Counted from the stretch's first letter, positions 18,357-28,021 are shown. The stretch is DNA of 64,000 bases from an uncultured Ectothiorhodospiraceae bacterium (GCA_947258845.1 CAMYJZ010000002.1:5678-69677); one strand, 5' to 3'. Program-made: numbers and translations. The notes: generated from the letters alone by a model not told the origin.

Positions 18357-21300
18357 TCATGATTTGTCGCTTCCGTGATGGCCCGGGAAGTCGATCAGAT
18401 CGGCATGCAAACCACACTTGCCGGCGGCTTCAACAAACACCGCCGGATCAATAACGTCCTGGTCATACTCGATCAGCATGAAATGCGGCTGTTCATCATG
18501 ACAGGCGGCGGCAATGACGCCATTCATGGCCAGCAGGTGGCCCCGCAGGTATTTGCGTTGCTCGTGGGTTGCCGCCTCATCCATGTGAAGCGTTACTTCC
18601 GAAATCCGGGTGGCCTGGGTCGCCTTTTCGTTTTGCTCTATGGAAGGCGAGGTCCCACCGGCGCCCAGGAAGACAGCCTCACCCAGCGAAATGCAACCCA
18701 GCGGGATCACAAACAAGGTCAAGATAGTTGAAACAAATACACCGAACAGCAGCGAGATCGCCATGCCCTGGAAGGTCGGGTCTGTGAGAATCACTGCCGA
18801 ACCCAGCACCAGTGCCATGGCGGTAATCACGATAGGCCGGGTACGCGCCTTCACTGCGGTGATCACGGCATCGTAAAGCGGCACCCCGTCCTTGACCAGG
18901 ACGATGGTGAAATCTATCAGCAGGATCGAGTTGCGCACGATAATACCTGACAGGGCAATCCAGCCGATCATGGAAGTGGCGGTAAAGTCGGCACCCAGCA
19001 ACCAGTGGCCGGGGACGATGCCCAGCATGGTCAGGGGGATAGGCGCCATAATGATGGCCGGGATCGAGAAATTGCCGAACTGCCACACGACCAGCATGTA
19101 GATGACGACCAGGGCCACGGCGAAGGCCATGCCCATGTCACGGAAGGTCTCGTAGGTCACCGTCCACTCGCCGGACCATTCAAATCCGGATTGCGATACG
19201 GATTCCGGCGGGCCGGTCCAGGTGCCTTCCAGTTTGACACCATCCGGGGTCGTGTACTGTTCCAGCCGTTCCTGCACATCGAACATGGCGTAAATCGGCG
19301 CCGCATACTTGCCTACGGCATCACCCACGACGAACTCCACCGGTTGCAGGTCCTTGTGAAAGATAAATGGATCGCGCACGCTCTTGACGAACTTTCCAAG
19401 TTCGGCAAGCGGTATGGTGCGGCCATCCTGGGTCATTACCGGCAGGTCGCTCAGGTTGCTCAGCCGGGAGCGTTGTGCCAGGGGAATCTGGAGCAGGATA
19501 TAGGTCGGCTCGTAAACCAGCGCCTGCTTGATATCGCCAAGCTTGAATTCACCCATGGCCATGGCCAGATGCTGGTTGATGGTCTCGACCAGCACGCCCT
19601 GGGTGGCGGCCTTGTCCAGGTCGACCTCAAAGCGCCACGTCTCGAGATCGTTGCGCATGAAATTGTCGACATCGGCCAGGTATTCCGATTCATTGAAAAT
19701 GGCGGTCATATCGGCGGCAACCTGGCGTCGGGTCGCGTCATCCGGCCCGTGGATTTCGGCCACCACGGTCTGCAGCACCGGCGGCCCCGGGGGCATCTCC
19801 ACGATAGTCAGTACCGCACCCGCCTGGTGGGCAATGGGAGTCAGCAGTTCACGGGCTGCAGTGGCAATCTCGTGACTGCTGCGCTTGCGCTCCTTCTTGT
19901 CCAGCAGTTTGACCTGGATCTCGGCCTGCCAGGGGAACTGGCGCAGGTAGTAATGGCGTACCAGGCCGTTGAAATCGAACGGCTTGGCAGTGCCAACATA
20001 ATTCTGTATGTCAATCACCTCGGGGAAAGTCCGCAGCGCATCCGTCAACTCGGCTGTCAGGCTCGCGGTGTCCGGCAGTGCGGTTCCGTCCGGCATGTCC
20101 AGGGTCAATGAAAATTCGGATTTGTTGTCAAATGGAAGCATCTTCACCGTGACGGCATAGGTGAAGAACATGGAAACTGTGACAATGAAGGCGAACAACA
20201 GGCCGATAAGGAAACTCCAGCCATAGCGAGGGGTGTAGTACAGTGCTCCAATGGTCTTGCGATAGAATTGCTCCAGCCAGCCATCGATTTTCTCGTCCCG
20301 TGCCTCCATCTTGCGGAGTTTGGCCATGGAAGGAATCATGCGCATTGCGAGCCAGGGTGCGAACACCACCGCGGCGATCAGGGAGAGAACCATGGCCACA
20401 GAGCCCAGTGCCGGGATCGGTTCCATGTAGGGTCCCATCATGCCGCGCACAAAGCCCATTGGCAGCAGGGCCGCGACTACCGTATAGGTGGCCAGCACGG
20501 TAGGGTTGCCTACCTCGCGTACCGCATCGACCGCAATCTCGGTGGTGGTCTCGCCCGCCTTCAGCCAGCGACTGTAGATGTTCTCCACGATAACAATGGC
20601 ATTGTCTACCAGGAAGCCAATGGAGAATATCAGCGCGAACAGACTGACCCGGTCGATTGTGTAACCAAGCACCATGGCGATAAAGACGGTGACCACCAGT
20701 ACCACCGGAATGGTAACCAGCACCACAATCGCCGGTCTCAATCCCAGTGACAGCCAGACCAGCAGGGTTACCGCGCCGGTGGCAATGACCAGTTTGAATA
20801 ACAGGGAGTTGACCTTGTCATTGGCGGTCTTGCCGTAGTTGCGGGTGACTTCCACGTGGACATCATCGGGGATCAGCAGGCCCTTGAGATCCTCGACCCT
20901 TGCCAGCACCCGGTTGACCACGGCAACACCGTTACTGCCGCGCTGTTTTGCGACAGCAATCGTGACTGCCGGTGCGGCAATGATCCCGGGGTTGTCACTG
21001 GCCGGGCCGGTCGTATGCGTCACGATACTGCGCGCATCTTCCGGTCCCTTGCGTACCTCTGCGACATCGCTCAGAAATACCGGCAGACCCTGGTGGCTGC
21101 CAACCACCAGTCGCTTGAAGTCATCGACCGATTCCAGGAACTTGCCGGTTTCAACGAAATAATGCTTGCCCGCCTGTTCGATAGACCCAACGGTTTGCTC
21201 GGTATTGAAACCCTGGATGGTGGCGGCGATATGTCCCATGCTGATACCGTAGCCGGTGAGCCGTTCGGGTTGTATTTCGACAATCACCTGCTCTGCCCGG

Positions 21301-21884
21301 CCACCGGATATAAAGGCGGTCCCCGTCTGCGGCAGTGATTTGATATCCTGCAATACGCTGATGGCGAGTGTACGCAACACCGCATCATCCAGTTCCTGTG
21401 ACCACAGGGTCAAGGTAACGACCGGTACGTCATCGACTTCCTTGATCTTGACGAGTGGCATTTCCACGCCGGGCGGCATGACATCCAGGTTCTGCTGGAT
21501 CTTGTTATGAGTGAGCACAATGGCGCGCTCGATTTCCTCGCCGACGTGGAATTCCAGGGTAATGATGCCCATTTCCTCGTCACTGACTGAATAGACATGC
21601 TTGACGCCGGCAATCTCGCTGACGATCCGTTCCAGTGGACTGACTGCCAGCCTGGACATCTCCTGGGATGATGCGCCGGGCATGCGCAGGAATATATCCA
21701 CCATGGGTACCGAGATCTGTGGATCCTCCTGACGGGGAGTGGCCAGCAATCCGTATGCGCCCACGAGCATAAAGGCAATGAACAACAGGGGAGAAAGCGG
21801 AGAGTGGATAAAGGAGTCGGCCAGGCGGCCTGCAAAACCAAGTTCATCCTTGGTGAGCATGTCTTTTTTATGGGTACTGGTCAT
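18357..21884 (-). CDS. RND efflux transporter permease (12-TM, CusA/CzcA-like N-terminus) with a ~110-aa extra C-terminal cytoplasmic HMA-like domain
   Basis: 1175 aa. RND hallmarks (FLVDNAIVIVENI, two large periplasmic loops, duplicated 6-TM halves). The C-terminal extension ...RISEVTLHMDEAATHEQRKYLRGHLLAMNGVIAAACHDEQPHFMLIEYDQDVIDPAVFVEAAGKCGLHADLI has an HMA-like beta-alpha-beta-beta-alpha-beta pattern, with His in place of the CxxC site. Confidence 0.85.
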   Translation of the reverse strand: MTSTHKKDMLTKDELGFAGRLADSFIHSPLSPLLFIAFMLVGAYGLLATPRQEDPQISVPMVDIFLRMPGASSQEMSRLAVSPLERIVSEIAGVKHVYSVSDEEMGIITLEFHVGEEIERAIVLTHNKIQQNLDVMPPGVEMPLVKIKEVDDVPVVTLTLWSQELDDAVLRTLAISVLQDIKSLPQTGTAFISGGRAEQVIVEIQPERLTGYGISMGHIAATIQGFNTEQTVGSIEQAGKHYFVETGKFLESVDDFKRLVVGSHQGLPVFLSDVAEVRKGPEDARSIVTHTTGPASDNPGIIAAPAVTIAVAKQRGSNGVAVVNRVLARVEDLKGLLIPDDVHVEVTRNYGKTANDKVNSLLFKLVIATGAVTLLVWLSLGLRPAIVVLVTIPVVLVVTVFIAMVLGYTIDRVSLFALIFSIGFLVDNAIVIVENIYSRWLKAGETTTEIAVDAVREVGNPTVLATYTVVAALLPMGFVRGMMGPYMEPIPALGSVAMVLSLIAAVVFAPWLAMRMIPSMAKLRKMEARDEKIDGWLEQFYRKTIGALYYTPRYGWSFLIGLLFAFIVTVSMFFTYAVTVKMLPFDNKSEFSLTLDMPDGTALPDTASLTAELTDALRTFPEVIDIQNYVGTAKPFDFNGLVRHYYLRQFPWQAEIQVKLLDKKERKRSSHEIATAARELLTPIAHQAGAVLTIVEMPPGPPVLQTVVAEIHGPDDATRRQVAADMTAIFNESEYLADVDNFMRNDLETWRFEVDLDKAATQGVLVETINQHLAMAMGEFKLGDIKQALVYEPTYILLQIPLAQRSRLSNLSDLPVMTQDGRTIPLAELGKFVKSVRDPFIFHKDLQPVEFVVGDAVGKYAAPIYAMFDVQERLEQYTTPDGVKLEGTWTGPPESVSQSGFEWSGEWTVTYETFRDMGMAFAVALVVIYMLVVWQFGNFSIPAIIMAPIPLTMLGIVPGHWLLGADFTATSMIGWIALSGIIVRNSILLIDFTIVLVKDGVPLYDAVITAVKARTRPIVITAMALVLGSAVILTDPTFQGMAISLLFGVFVSTILTLFVIPLGCISLGEAVFLGAGGTSPSIEQNEKATQATRISEVTLHMDEAATHEQRKYLRGHLLAMNGVIAAACHDEQPHFMLIEYDQDVIDPAVFVEAAGKCGLHADLIDFPGHHGSDKS

Positions 21885-22008
21885 GACTACTCAGTCCTGT
21901 CTTGTTATCCCCGTCACCGGGGCCTTGTTTTTTTCAGGATTAACCGGAACCGCCCGTGAGCCGGTCCTGCAGCATTTCAGGTTAGTTGTTCTGTGTCAGA
22001 AACCGTGC

Positions 22009-23154
22009 TTACTCCATCGCTCCTGACATGGTTGAGGGTGTCGGCTTCTTCAGGATGCGGTCTCCGGCCTGGATGCCCGAGATGACGCTGATTTGCCCGT
22101 CACTGGTTTGCGTCCCGAGGCGCAGCACCTTCATCTTCAGGTGACCGTCCTCGCTGACCTTGAAGACCGCCGGGAGGCTGCCGCGCCACACGACGGCGGA
22201 TGCCGGAACCACGGGCAGTTCCTGTCCCTTGTGCGCCAGGTCCGGGATCAGCACTTCGGCGTAGGTGCCCGTTTTGGCCTTGATCCCTTCCGGGATACCG
22301 AATTTCACCGTTGTGGTATGGCCGCCCTTCTGGGCCATGGGGAACACCCGGTCCACCTTGACCTGGATTACGCTGCGTTCACTTCCCACCCTGGCCATCA
22401 GGGTCTCGCCTTCCTGGACCGCGTCCAGCAGACGGGTGGGAACCTCGACCTGGATTTGCATCTCGGTGGTATCGGCAAATGCAAGCAAGGGCATCCCCGG
22501 TTGCACTATATCGCCCACCTCGATCATCTTTGAGACGATGATCCCGTCAAACGGCGCCCGGCTGAAGGTGTTTTCAATGGATTCATCAAGTTCCCGGATG
22601 GCCTGCCGTGCCTGCAGAACACTGTTGGACGCGGTCTGTAGCTGGGTTCCCTGTCCGACCAGGCCTGCATGCCGCTCATATCCCGGTTCGCCCTGGCCCG
22701 TCATGGAGCGCATCGGGTCCGTGAACATGCTGAACATGCTGGGCATGCCCCCCATCATGGTATTGGATTGTGCGTTGGGTGACAGGACCTCGCGATTGAA
22801 CTGCACATAGGCGTTGTGGTAGGCGGCCTCTGCATTCGCGAGTTGTGCTTCCGCCTGTTTGCGTTTGGCCAGCAGGGCCGATTGATCCAGCTGGACCAGT
22901 ATCGTGTCTTTGGTAAAGGCATCGCCTTCTTCGCCGGCTATGAACTCCACATCGCCCGGCATCTGGGCAGACAGATTCACCATCTTGCGCGCAATAACCG
23001 TCCCGCCCAGGGTGATCACTCCACCGGTATCGGCTTCTTTTACTGTAATGATTTCCGGGCCGGAATCAGCAGGTGTCTCATCCGCAGAGGCCTGTGCGAA
23101 ACAGCCACCCGTCAGGGTGGCTCCGAGAATCGTGGCAACAAGAAAACGAATCAT
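22009..23154 (-). CDS. RND efflux periplasmic adaptor (membrane-fusion protein) with a Met-rich insertion
   Basis: ORF 22009..23301. A signal/lipobox-like start MIRFLVATILGATLTGGC begins at 23154. HlyD/MFP coiled-coil and beta-barrel regions. Met-rich segment NTMMGGMPSMFSMFTDPMRSM (nt ~22700-22760), like CusB/CusF Cu(I)/Ag(I) sites. 125 bp upstream of the RND gene on the same strand. Confidence 0.8.
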   Translation of the reverse strand: MIRFLVATILGATLTGGCFAQASADETPADSGPEIITVKEADTGGVITLGGTVIARKMVNLSAQMPGDVEFIAGEEGDAFTKDTILVQLDQSALLAKRKQAEAQLANAEAAYHNAYVQFNREVLSPNAQSNTMMGGMPSMFSMFTDPMRSMTGQGEPGYERHAGLVGQGTQLQTASNSVLQARQAIRELDESIENTFSRAPFDGIIVSKMIEVGDIVQPGMPLLAFADTTEMQIQVEVPTRLLDAVQEGETLMARVGSERSVIQVKVDRVFPMAQKGGHTTTVKFGIPEGIKAKTGTYAEVLIPDLAHKGQELPVVPASAVVWRGSLPAVFKVSEDGHLKMKVLRLGTQTSDGQISVISGIQAGDRILKKPTPSTMSGAME

Positions 23155-23816
23155 AATCACGCAACCTTTAATAGTTGTCTCGTTAATGTGTATACGTAGC
23201 ATATTATTTATACGCCCGGGCGGCCAGAAACTCAAGGCGGACGATAAATTATCATAATAATAACAGATAGTTATGTTTTTACGAGGCCGGTACCTTTCCA
23301 CGATATGCCATCAGGACCTGAAGCTCCGGAAGCGGAGCGGATTTCCCCTGCTCATGGACCCGGGGACGAGCCGGGGCGCGGATACACCGACAAGCGAACT
23401 CGTGGCCGCCATGCGTCAACAAGGTCAGCCGGCTGGCAGTTGCAGTTCGTGGCTCAGGAGCGCGTTGTGATTGGCTGCTGATGTACTACCCGTTCCAGAA
23501 GGCCTGGAGCAGATGAATAGATGAGATCACCACGATGGAGGCCGCAGACTTTCTGCTTCAGCGAGACGGGATGGGGAGAGTGCCGACGGCCTGTTTTATA
23601 AAATCAAAAGTGCTCAGGTTTTCGGCTGTTTTGTCGTTATGAATAAAAACGGCGGCTAACAGGACCGGTCGCGGGATATATCAGGCGGTTTTTCTCCCGT
23701 CAGCACCCATACCCAGAAGGATTCAGGTCCAGCCGGCGGCCAACTGCGGACGGCTGTCGGGGTGGAACAAAAGTGATTTTAAAACAGTATGTTAAACCTT
23801 TAATCGGGATCATGCG

Positions 23817-26800
23817 ATGAGTAAAAACAGCGAAACACCTCAGGAATCCAAACGGGACAATCCGAATTCCGGCGACGGACCGGGTGGCGGAAACGCCGTT
23901 ACCGGGCCTGTACAGGGGGCAACGGGATTTGTCCCGAAAGTGGCCGAGTTGAACGAGGAGATCAACCGGCTGTTTGGAAAAATGCATGGTCTGGATGAGG
24001 CACTGCGTGAAAGTGATGATCGCGCCCGGCAGATTGAGGAGAAGAGCCATACGATCGCCGAGCTGCAAGACCAGATTGAAGAAAAGAGCGGTGAAATCGA
24101 TCGCCTGCAAATTGACATTGACGGGCTGCACGACTCCCTGAGCAAGCAGGAACAGCGGTTCGAGGACCAGCTGCATGGCAAGCAGTCGGAGATCGGTGAA
24201 CTGGAGGGCAGGGTATCGGAGCGTGGCCAGGAGGTCAGCCGGCTGTATGGACATGTCGAGGAAAAGGGCCTGGTCATCAACCAGCTGACCGAACAGCTCG
24301 GTCAGCGTGATGAAGAGCTTGTCAGCCTGCAAGGCGATGTAGAGGGCAGGGAACAGACGATTGCCCGGCTCGAGGGTGAACTCGGGGAACTGGATGCCAG
24401 CTTTAGGGAAGGCAAGGAACGCAGCGATGCGCTACTTGAGGAGAGGCAGGAGCAGATCGCCCGACTGGAGTGGAAGGTCAAGGAGAAATACAAGGAGATC
24501 ACCCAACTGCATGGCAAGATCCATGACCTCGGTGACGAGTTGCGTGGCAGCGAGGAACGTGCCGAACAGCTTTCCCAGGAAAAGACCCAGGTCACTGTTG
24601 AACTGGAGGGGCGAATTGCAGGGAAAGAACGCGAAATTTCAGAATTAAATGAACGTGCTGGTGAAATGGCGCAGGAAATCGCCAATCTGACCGGACAGGT
24701 GAATGAACAGGCGCAGATCATCACCGGCCTGGAGGAGCAGGCCGCGGAACTGCAAAACAGCTTGCGATTTGCCGAGGAGCAGGCCGAACAGCGGCTGGAA
24801 GAGAAGCAGCGGGAAATTGCCGGCTTGCATGGACAGGTCGAGGACCTGAATGCGGCTATGCATGCCAGCGAAGAGCAGGCCGCCCGGCAGATTGCAGAGA
24901 AGGGTGATGAGATCACGCGCCTGGTTGCGGATCTTGAAGAGAAAGACCAGGCACTGGTTCAGTCGCAGGCAAGTGCCAGAGAGAAAGACGAGGCCATCGA
25001 CGGGCTGGAAGAGAGCATTCAGCAGTTGAACATGAGCATGCGCACTGTAGAAGAGCGGGCCGCGCAGGAACTCGAGAGCAAGCAGAAGGAAGTCACTGAG
25101 CTGGAATGGAGCGTCAAGGATAAAAACGCTGAAATCAGTGAATTGCACGGGAATATCCGTGATCTGAGTGCCGAGCTGAGTAACTCTCAGGAGCAGGCCG
25201 AGCGCCAGCTGGATACGAAATCACGGGAGATCGAGCAGTTCGAGACCCAGGTCCGGATGCTGGAGCAGGACAAGCGTGAGAGTGCCGAGCGTACCGGGCA
25301 GGAATTGCAGGAAAAGGCAAAATATATCAGTCAACTTGAAGCCAGGCTGGAGCATCTGAATACGGCCCTGCATGAAAACAAGGAAAGTGCGACACAACAG
25401 ATAGCAGAACAGACCCGGGTCGCTGAGACCCAATCACAGCTAGTTGCCCAGCTTGAGCAGCAGCTGGAGCAGCAGCAGGCTGCCATGAATACCAACGTCG
25501 AGAACAGTGCCCGGGAACTACAGGCCAAGATGCAAGAGGTCACTCAGTTGTCCAAGGCGCTGGAACAGAAGGCTGATGAGGTCACTGAGCTGCATGGCAA
25601 GGTCCGCGAGGTTGGTGCAGAACTGGATGCCCGTGAGGCGCATGCCGCCGAGCAGGTGCAGGAACATGAACAGGTGGTTCGCCAGCTCAAGGAAAGAATC
25701 GGGGAACAGATGACGACCTTGCAGGATGTTGCTGAGCAGGCCAGAAAGCAGCAGAAGGGGAAGATGCAGACAATCGGCGAACTCGAGAAGCAGCTCAGGC
25801 AGCAGTCGGCGGCCATGGCGGATGTGGTCGAGGAGGCCCGGCAGCAGCAGGAACAGCAGAGGCAGACGATCGGCGAGCTCGAGGAGCAGCTCAGGCAGCA
25901 GTCGGAAAGCGGCAGTGGCCAGGCCAGCAAGTATGCGGAAGAGCTCGAGGCAAGCCAGGAAACCATCAAGCGGCTCACTGCGGATATCGATGAAAAAGAT
26001 AAGGAAATCAGTAATCTGAATAACAAGTTCGAGGAGGTGAATACCCGCCTGGGTGAGAGCAACGCGCGTATCGCCTGGCAAAACAAGGAGAATTCCAGGG
26101 CCATCAACCAGCTGAAGGCCCAGCTCAAGCAGGAATCCGTCGGCATGCGCGAACACACAAGCCAGGCCGCGCAGCAGCTGCAAGAAAAGGACGAGGAGAT
26201 TGCAGAAAAGGCGCAGCTCATCAGCCGCATGGAGGAACAGGTCCGGGAGATGCAGGCCTCAGGGAAGGCGGCACAGGAAAGGGCCGAGCAGCTGAGTGCG
26301 GAAAATGCCCGCCTGTCCAAGACGGTGAAGGCATCTGAACAACAGGACCGGCCGGCAGCCACTAGCGGTGGCAATGAAACGGTATCGGGGAACAAGGAAC
26401 AGGAAGTCGTCAAGTTGCAGAATACGGAGATTGCCCGGCTGCAGGAACACGTCCAGAAACTTAAGGTCAAACTCAATGAGAATGCCGAGCGACAGCTGCA
26501 GAAAAAGCAGGAGCAGAGTTCGCAGCCGGTGACCAACGCAATCAAGACCGTGATGGAAGACAAGCTGAAGAAGCTGAGTACCCTGGACACGCTGACCGGG
26601 ATGGTGAACCGTCAGCACTTCATGAAGGTGCTGGACGCATCGGTCAAGACTGAAGACGCGGCAGGTCAGTCGGTGCTTTACATCCTGCTGCATAACTTCA
26701 GGGATATTCGCGAGAAGATCGGTGTGTCTGACAGTGATGTGGTCCTGCGCAATGTTGCAAGCATCATCCAGGCCGATCTTGGTAAGCAGGATGTGGCATC

Positions 26801-27878
26801 TCGCTTCGGCTACTACGTATTCACCGTCCTGCATCAGGGGAGTGATGCGATGACGGCTAACCAGCTTGCCGAACAAATTCTCCACAAGCTGGAGAATCAT
26901 GTTTTCAATGCAGGGGAGCACACTGTCAGGGTGAGTCCGAGTATCGGTATCAGCGAGGTCAGCAATAGCGTACATAGCGCCGAGGGCCTGATCCAGCGTG
27001 CCGATCTTGCCTGCGAGGTGGCCCGTTCATCCAGTGGAACCAGGGTCTACACTCACAATTCAGCGGTAGAGGAACAGCTTGCTCCGGAGCATGAAACGGA
27101 GTCGCACCTGATGGTGAGGAAGACGCTGCAGGATGAGCGGTTCTACCTGGTTTACCAGCCAATAGTCAGTCTTGCAGAAGACAAGCAGCAGCGCTACGAG
27201 GTGTTGTTGCGGATCCTTGATGAAGATGGCGAGGTTGTTCTACCCAGCCAGTTCCTGAAAGTGGCGGAATCGATGGGCCTGAGTGGTGAGGTGGATATCT
27301 GGGTGATCGAGAATGCCTTCAAAAAGCTCGCGGAACTGCAGCGCGAGGACAAGGATGCCACCTTCTATATCAAGGTCTCGGGCAAGACCATCGCCGACAG
27401 GGAGCTTGCCCTGTGGATTGACGCGAAGATGAACGATTACCAGCTGCAGCGCGAGAACGTGGTCATCGAGATTGCAGAAGAATCCGTGCTCAATGATATG
27501 GAAAACAGTATGGCATTTGTGACATCCATGCATAACCTGGGTTGCAAGGTGGCACTGGAACATTATGGTGCATCAAGTCCTCCCCAGGTTCTCAAACGTC
27601 TTCCCGTCGATGTCCTCAAGGTGAATGGCGGCCTGATTGCGGGTATGGCGGGCAGCGAGGAGAACCAGGTCACTGTGAAGACCATCATCACGCTGGCGCG
27701 AGATCTCGGTATGGAATGCGTCGCTGAACAGGTCGAGGACACTGTCGTGCTGGCACTGCTGTGGCAGTACGGTGTCCAGTTTGTCCAGGGGAACTTCGTC
27801 CAGATACCGAGCAGGAATCTCGATTACAATTTCGAGGCCAGCGTCACCGGCAACGAGTCCAGCGTTTTCTCCGCGTAA
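23817..27878 (+). CDS. Giant coiled-coil protein with C-terminal degenerate GGDEF and degenerate EAL (EVL-type) domains; putative c-di-GMP receptor or scaffold
   Basis: 1353 aa. About 900 aa with heptad-like E/Q/K/L-rich repeats and recurring ~90-aa modules carrying ELHGK/GLHGQ/ELHGN motifs. GGDEF-like region with RFGYYVF in place of RYGGEEF. EAL region with EVLLR, but DDFGTG replaced by EHYGAS and KIDRSF by KVNGGL. No TM or signal peptide. Confidence 0.8.
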   Translation: MSKNSETPQESKRDNPNSGDGPGGGNAVTGPVQGATGFVPKVAELNEEINRLFGKMHGLDEALRESDDRARQIEEKSHTIAELQDQIEEKSGEIDRLQIDIDGLHDSLSKQEQRFEDQLHGKQSEIGELEGRVSERGQEVSRLYGHVEEKGLVINQLTEQLGQRDEELVSLQGDVEGREQTIARLEGELGELDASFREGKERSDALLEERQEQIARLEWKVKEKYKEITQLHGKIHDLGDELRGSEERAEQLSQEKTQVTVELEGRIAGKEREISELNERAGEMAQEIANLTGQVNEQAQIITGLEEQAAELQNSLRFAEEQAEQRLEEKQREIAGLHGQVEDLNAAMHASEEQAARQIAEKGDEITRLVADLEEKDQALVQSQASAREKDEAIDGLEESIQQLNMSMRTVEERAAQELESKQKEVTELEWSVKDKNAEISELHGNIRDLSAELSNSQEQAERQLDTKSREIEQFETQVRMLEQDKRESAERTGQELQEKAKYISQLEARLEHLNTALHENKESATQQIAEQTRVAETQSQLVAQLEQQLEQQQAAMNTNVENSARELQAKMQEVTQLSKALEQKADEVTELHGKVREVGAELDAREAHAAEQVQEHEQVVRQLKERIGEQMTTLQDVAEQARKQQKGKMQTIGELEKQLRQQSAAMADVVEEARQQQEQQRQTIGELEEQLRQQSESGSGQASKYAEELEASQETIKRLTADIDEKDKEISNLNNKFEEVNTRLGESNARIAWQNKENSRAINQLKAQLKQESVGMREHTSQAAQQLQEKDEEIAEKAQLISRMEEQVREMQASGKAAQERAEQLSAENARLSKTVKASEQQDRPAATSGGNETVSGNKEQEVVKLQNTEIARLQEHVQKLKVKLNENAERQLQKKQEQSSQPVTNAIKTVMEDKLKKLSTLDTLTGMVNRQHFMKVLDASVKTEDAAGQSVLYILLHNFRDIREKIGVSDSDVVLRNVASIIQADLGKQDVASRFGYYVFTVLHQGSDAMTANQLAEQILHKLENHVFNAGEHTVRVSPSIGISEVSNSVHSAEGLIQRADLACEVARSSSGTRVYTHNSAVEEQLAPEHETESHLMVRKTLQDERFYLVYQPIVSLAEDKQQRYEVLLRILDEDGEVVLPSQFLKVAESMGLSGEVDIWVIENAFKKLAELQREDKDATFYIKVSGKTIADRELALWIDAKMNDYQLQRENVVIEIAEESVLNDMENSMAFVTSMHNLGCKVALEHYGASSPPQVLKRLPVDVLKVNGGLIAGMAGSEENQVTVKTIITLARDLGMECVAEQVEDTVVLALLWQYGVQFVQGNFVQIPSRNLDYNFEASVTGNESSVFSA
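25767..25905 (+). repeat. Intragenic tandem duplication (43-bp near-identical units CAGAC[A/G]ATCGGCGA[A/G]CTCGAG[A/G]AGCAGCTCAGGCAGCAGTCGG, 96 bp apart) encoding QTIGELE[K/E]QLRQQS twice
   Basis: Read directly from the sequence. Confidence 0.7.
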
Positions 27879-27886
27879 CATAAAAG

Positions 27887-27921
27887 GGGCCAGCACCCGT
27901 TCAGGAACAGGGTGCTGGCCC
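27887..27921 (+). terminator. Rho-independent terminator candidate after the giant gene (12-bp GC-rich stem GGGCCAGCACCC...GGGTGCTGGCCC, 11-nt loop, T-rich tail)
   Basis: Starts 9 nt after the TAA stop. Confidence 0.6.
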
Positions 27922-28021
27922 ATTCCATTTCCACTGTATTCCCTCACCCGTAAACAGGACAGCCTCTCCTGTCCCGGATATCGCTTACATTGCCTATATC
28001 CTGAATTCTGTTAGTTGATTT

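Noticed and set aside
19005-20111. 368-aa plus-strand ORF inside the RND gene
   Set aside because: Antisense to an RND permease with clear TM and periplasmic-loop architecture.
23700-23816. Sigma-54 (-24/-12) promoter upstream of the giant GGDEF-EAL gene (TGGAAC...)
   Set aside because: A GG is present, but no GC at the required +10 spacing, so it does not fit TGGCAC-N5-TTGCA.
24302-26590. Several long Ser/Cys/Ala-rich minus-strand ORFs (24302..24916, 25518..26183, 25544..26590)
   Set aside because: They are the reverse complements of the Glu/Gln/Leu-rich coiled-coil codons of the giant plus-strand gene. There are no start contexts. Artefacts of the repetitive composition.
23155-27960. attR copy of the tRNA-Met 3' end that would delimit the island
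   Set aside because: Only weak partial matches (for example CCCTCACCCGTAAA near 27945). No convincing direct repeat was found by eye, so the island boundary is left open.
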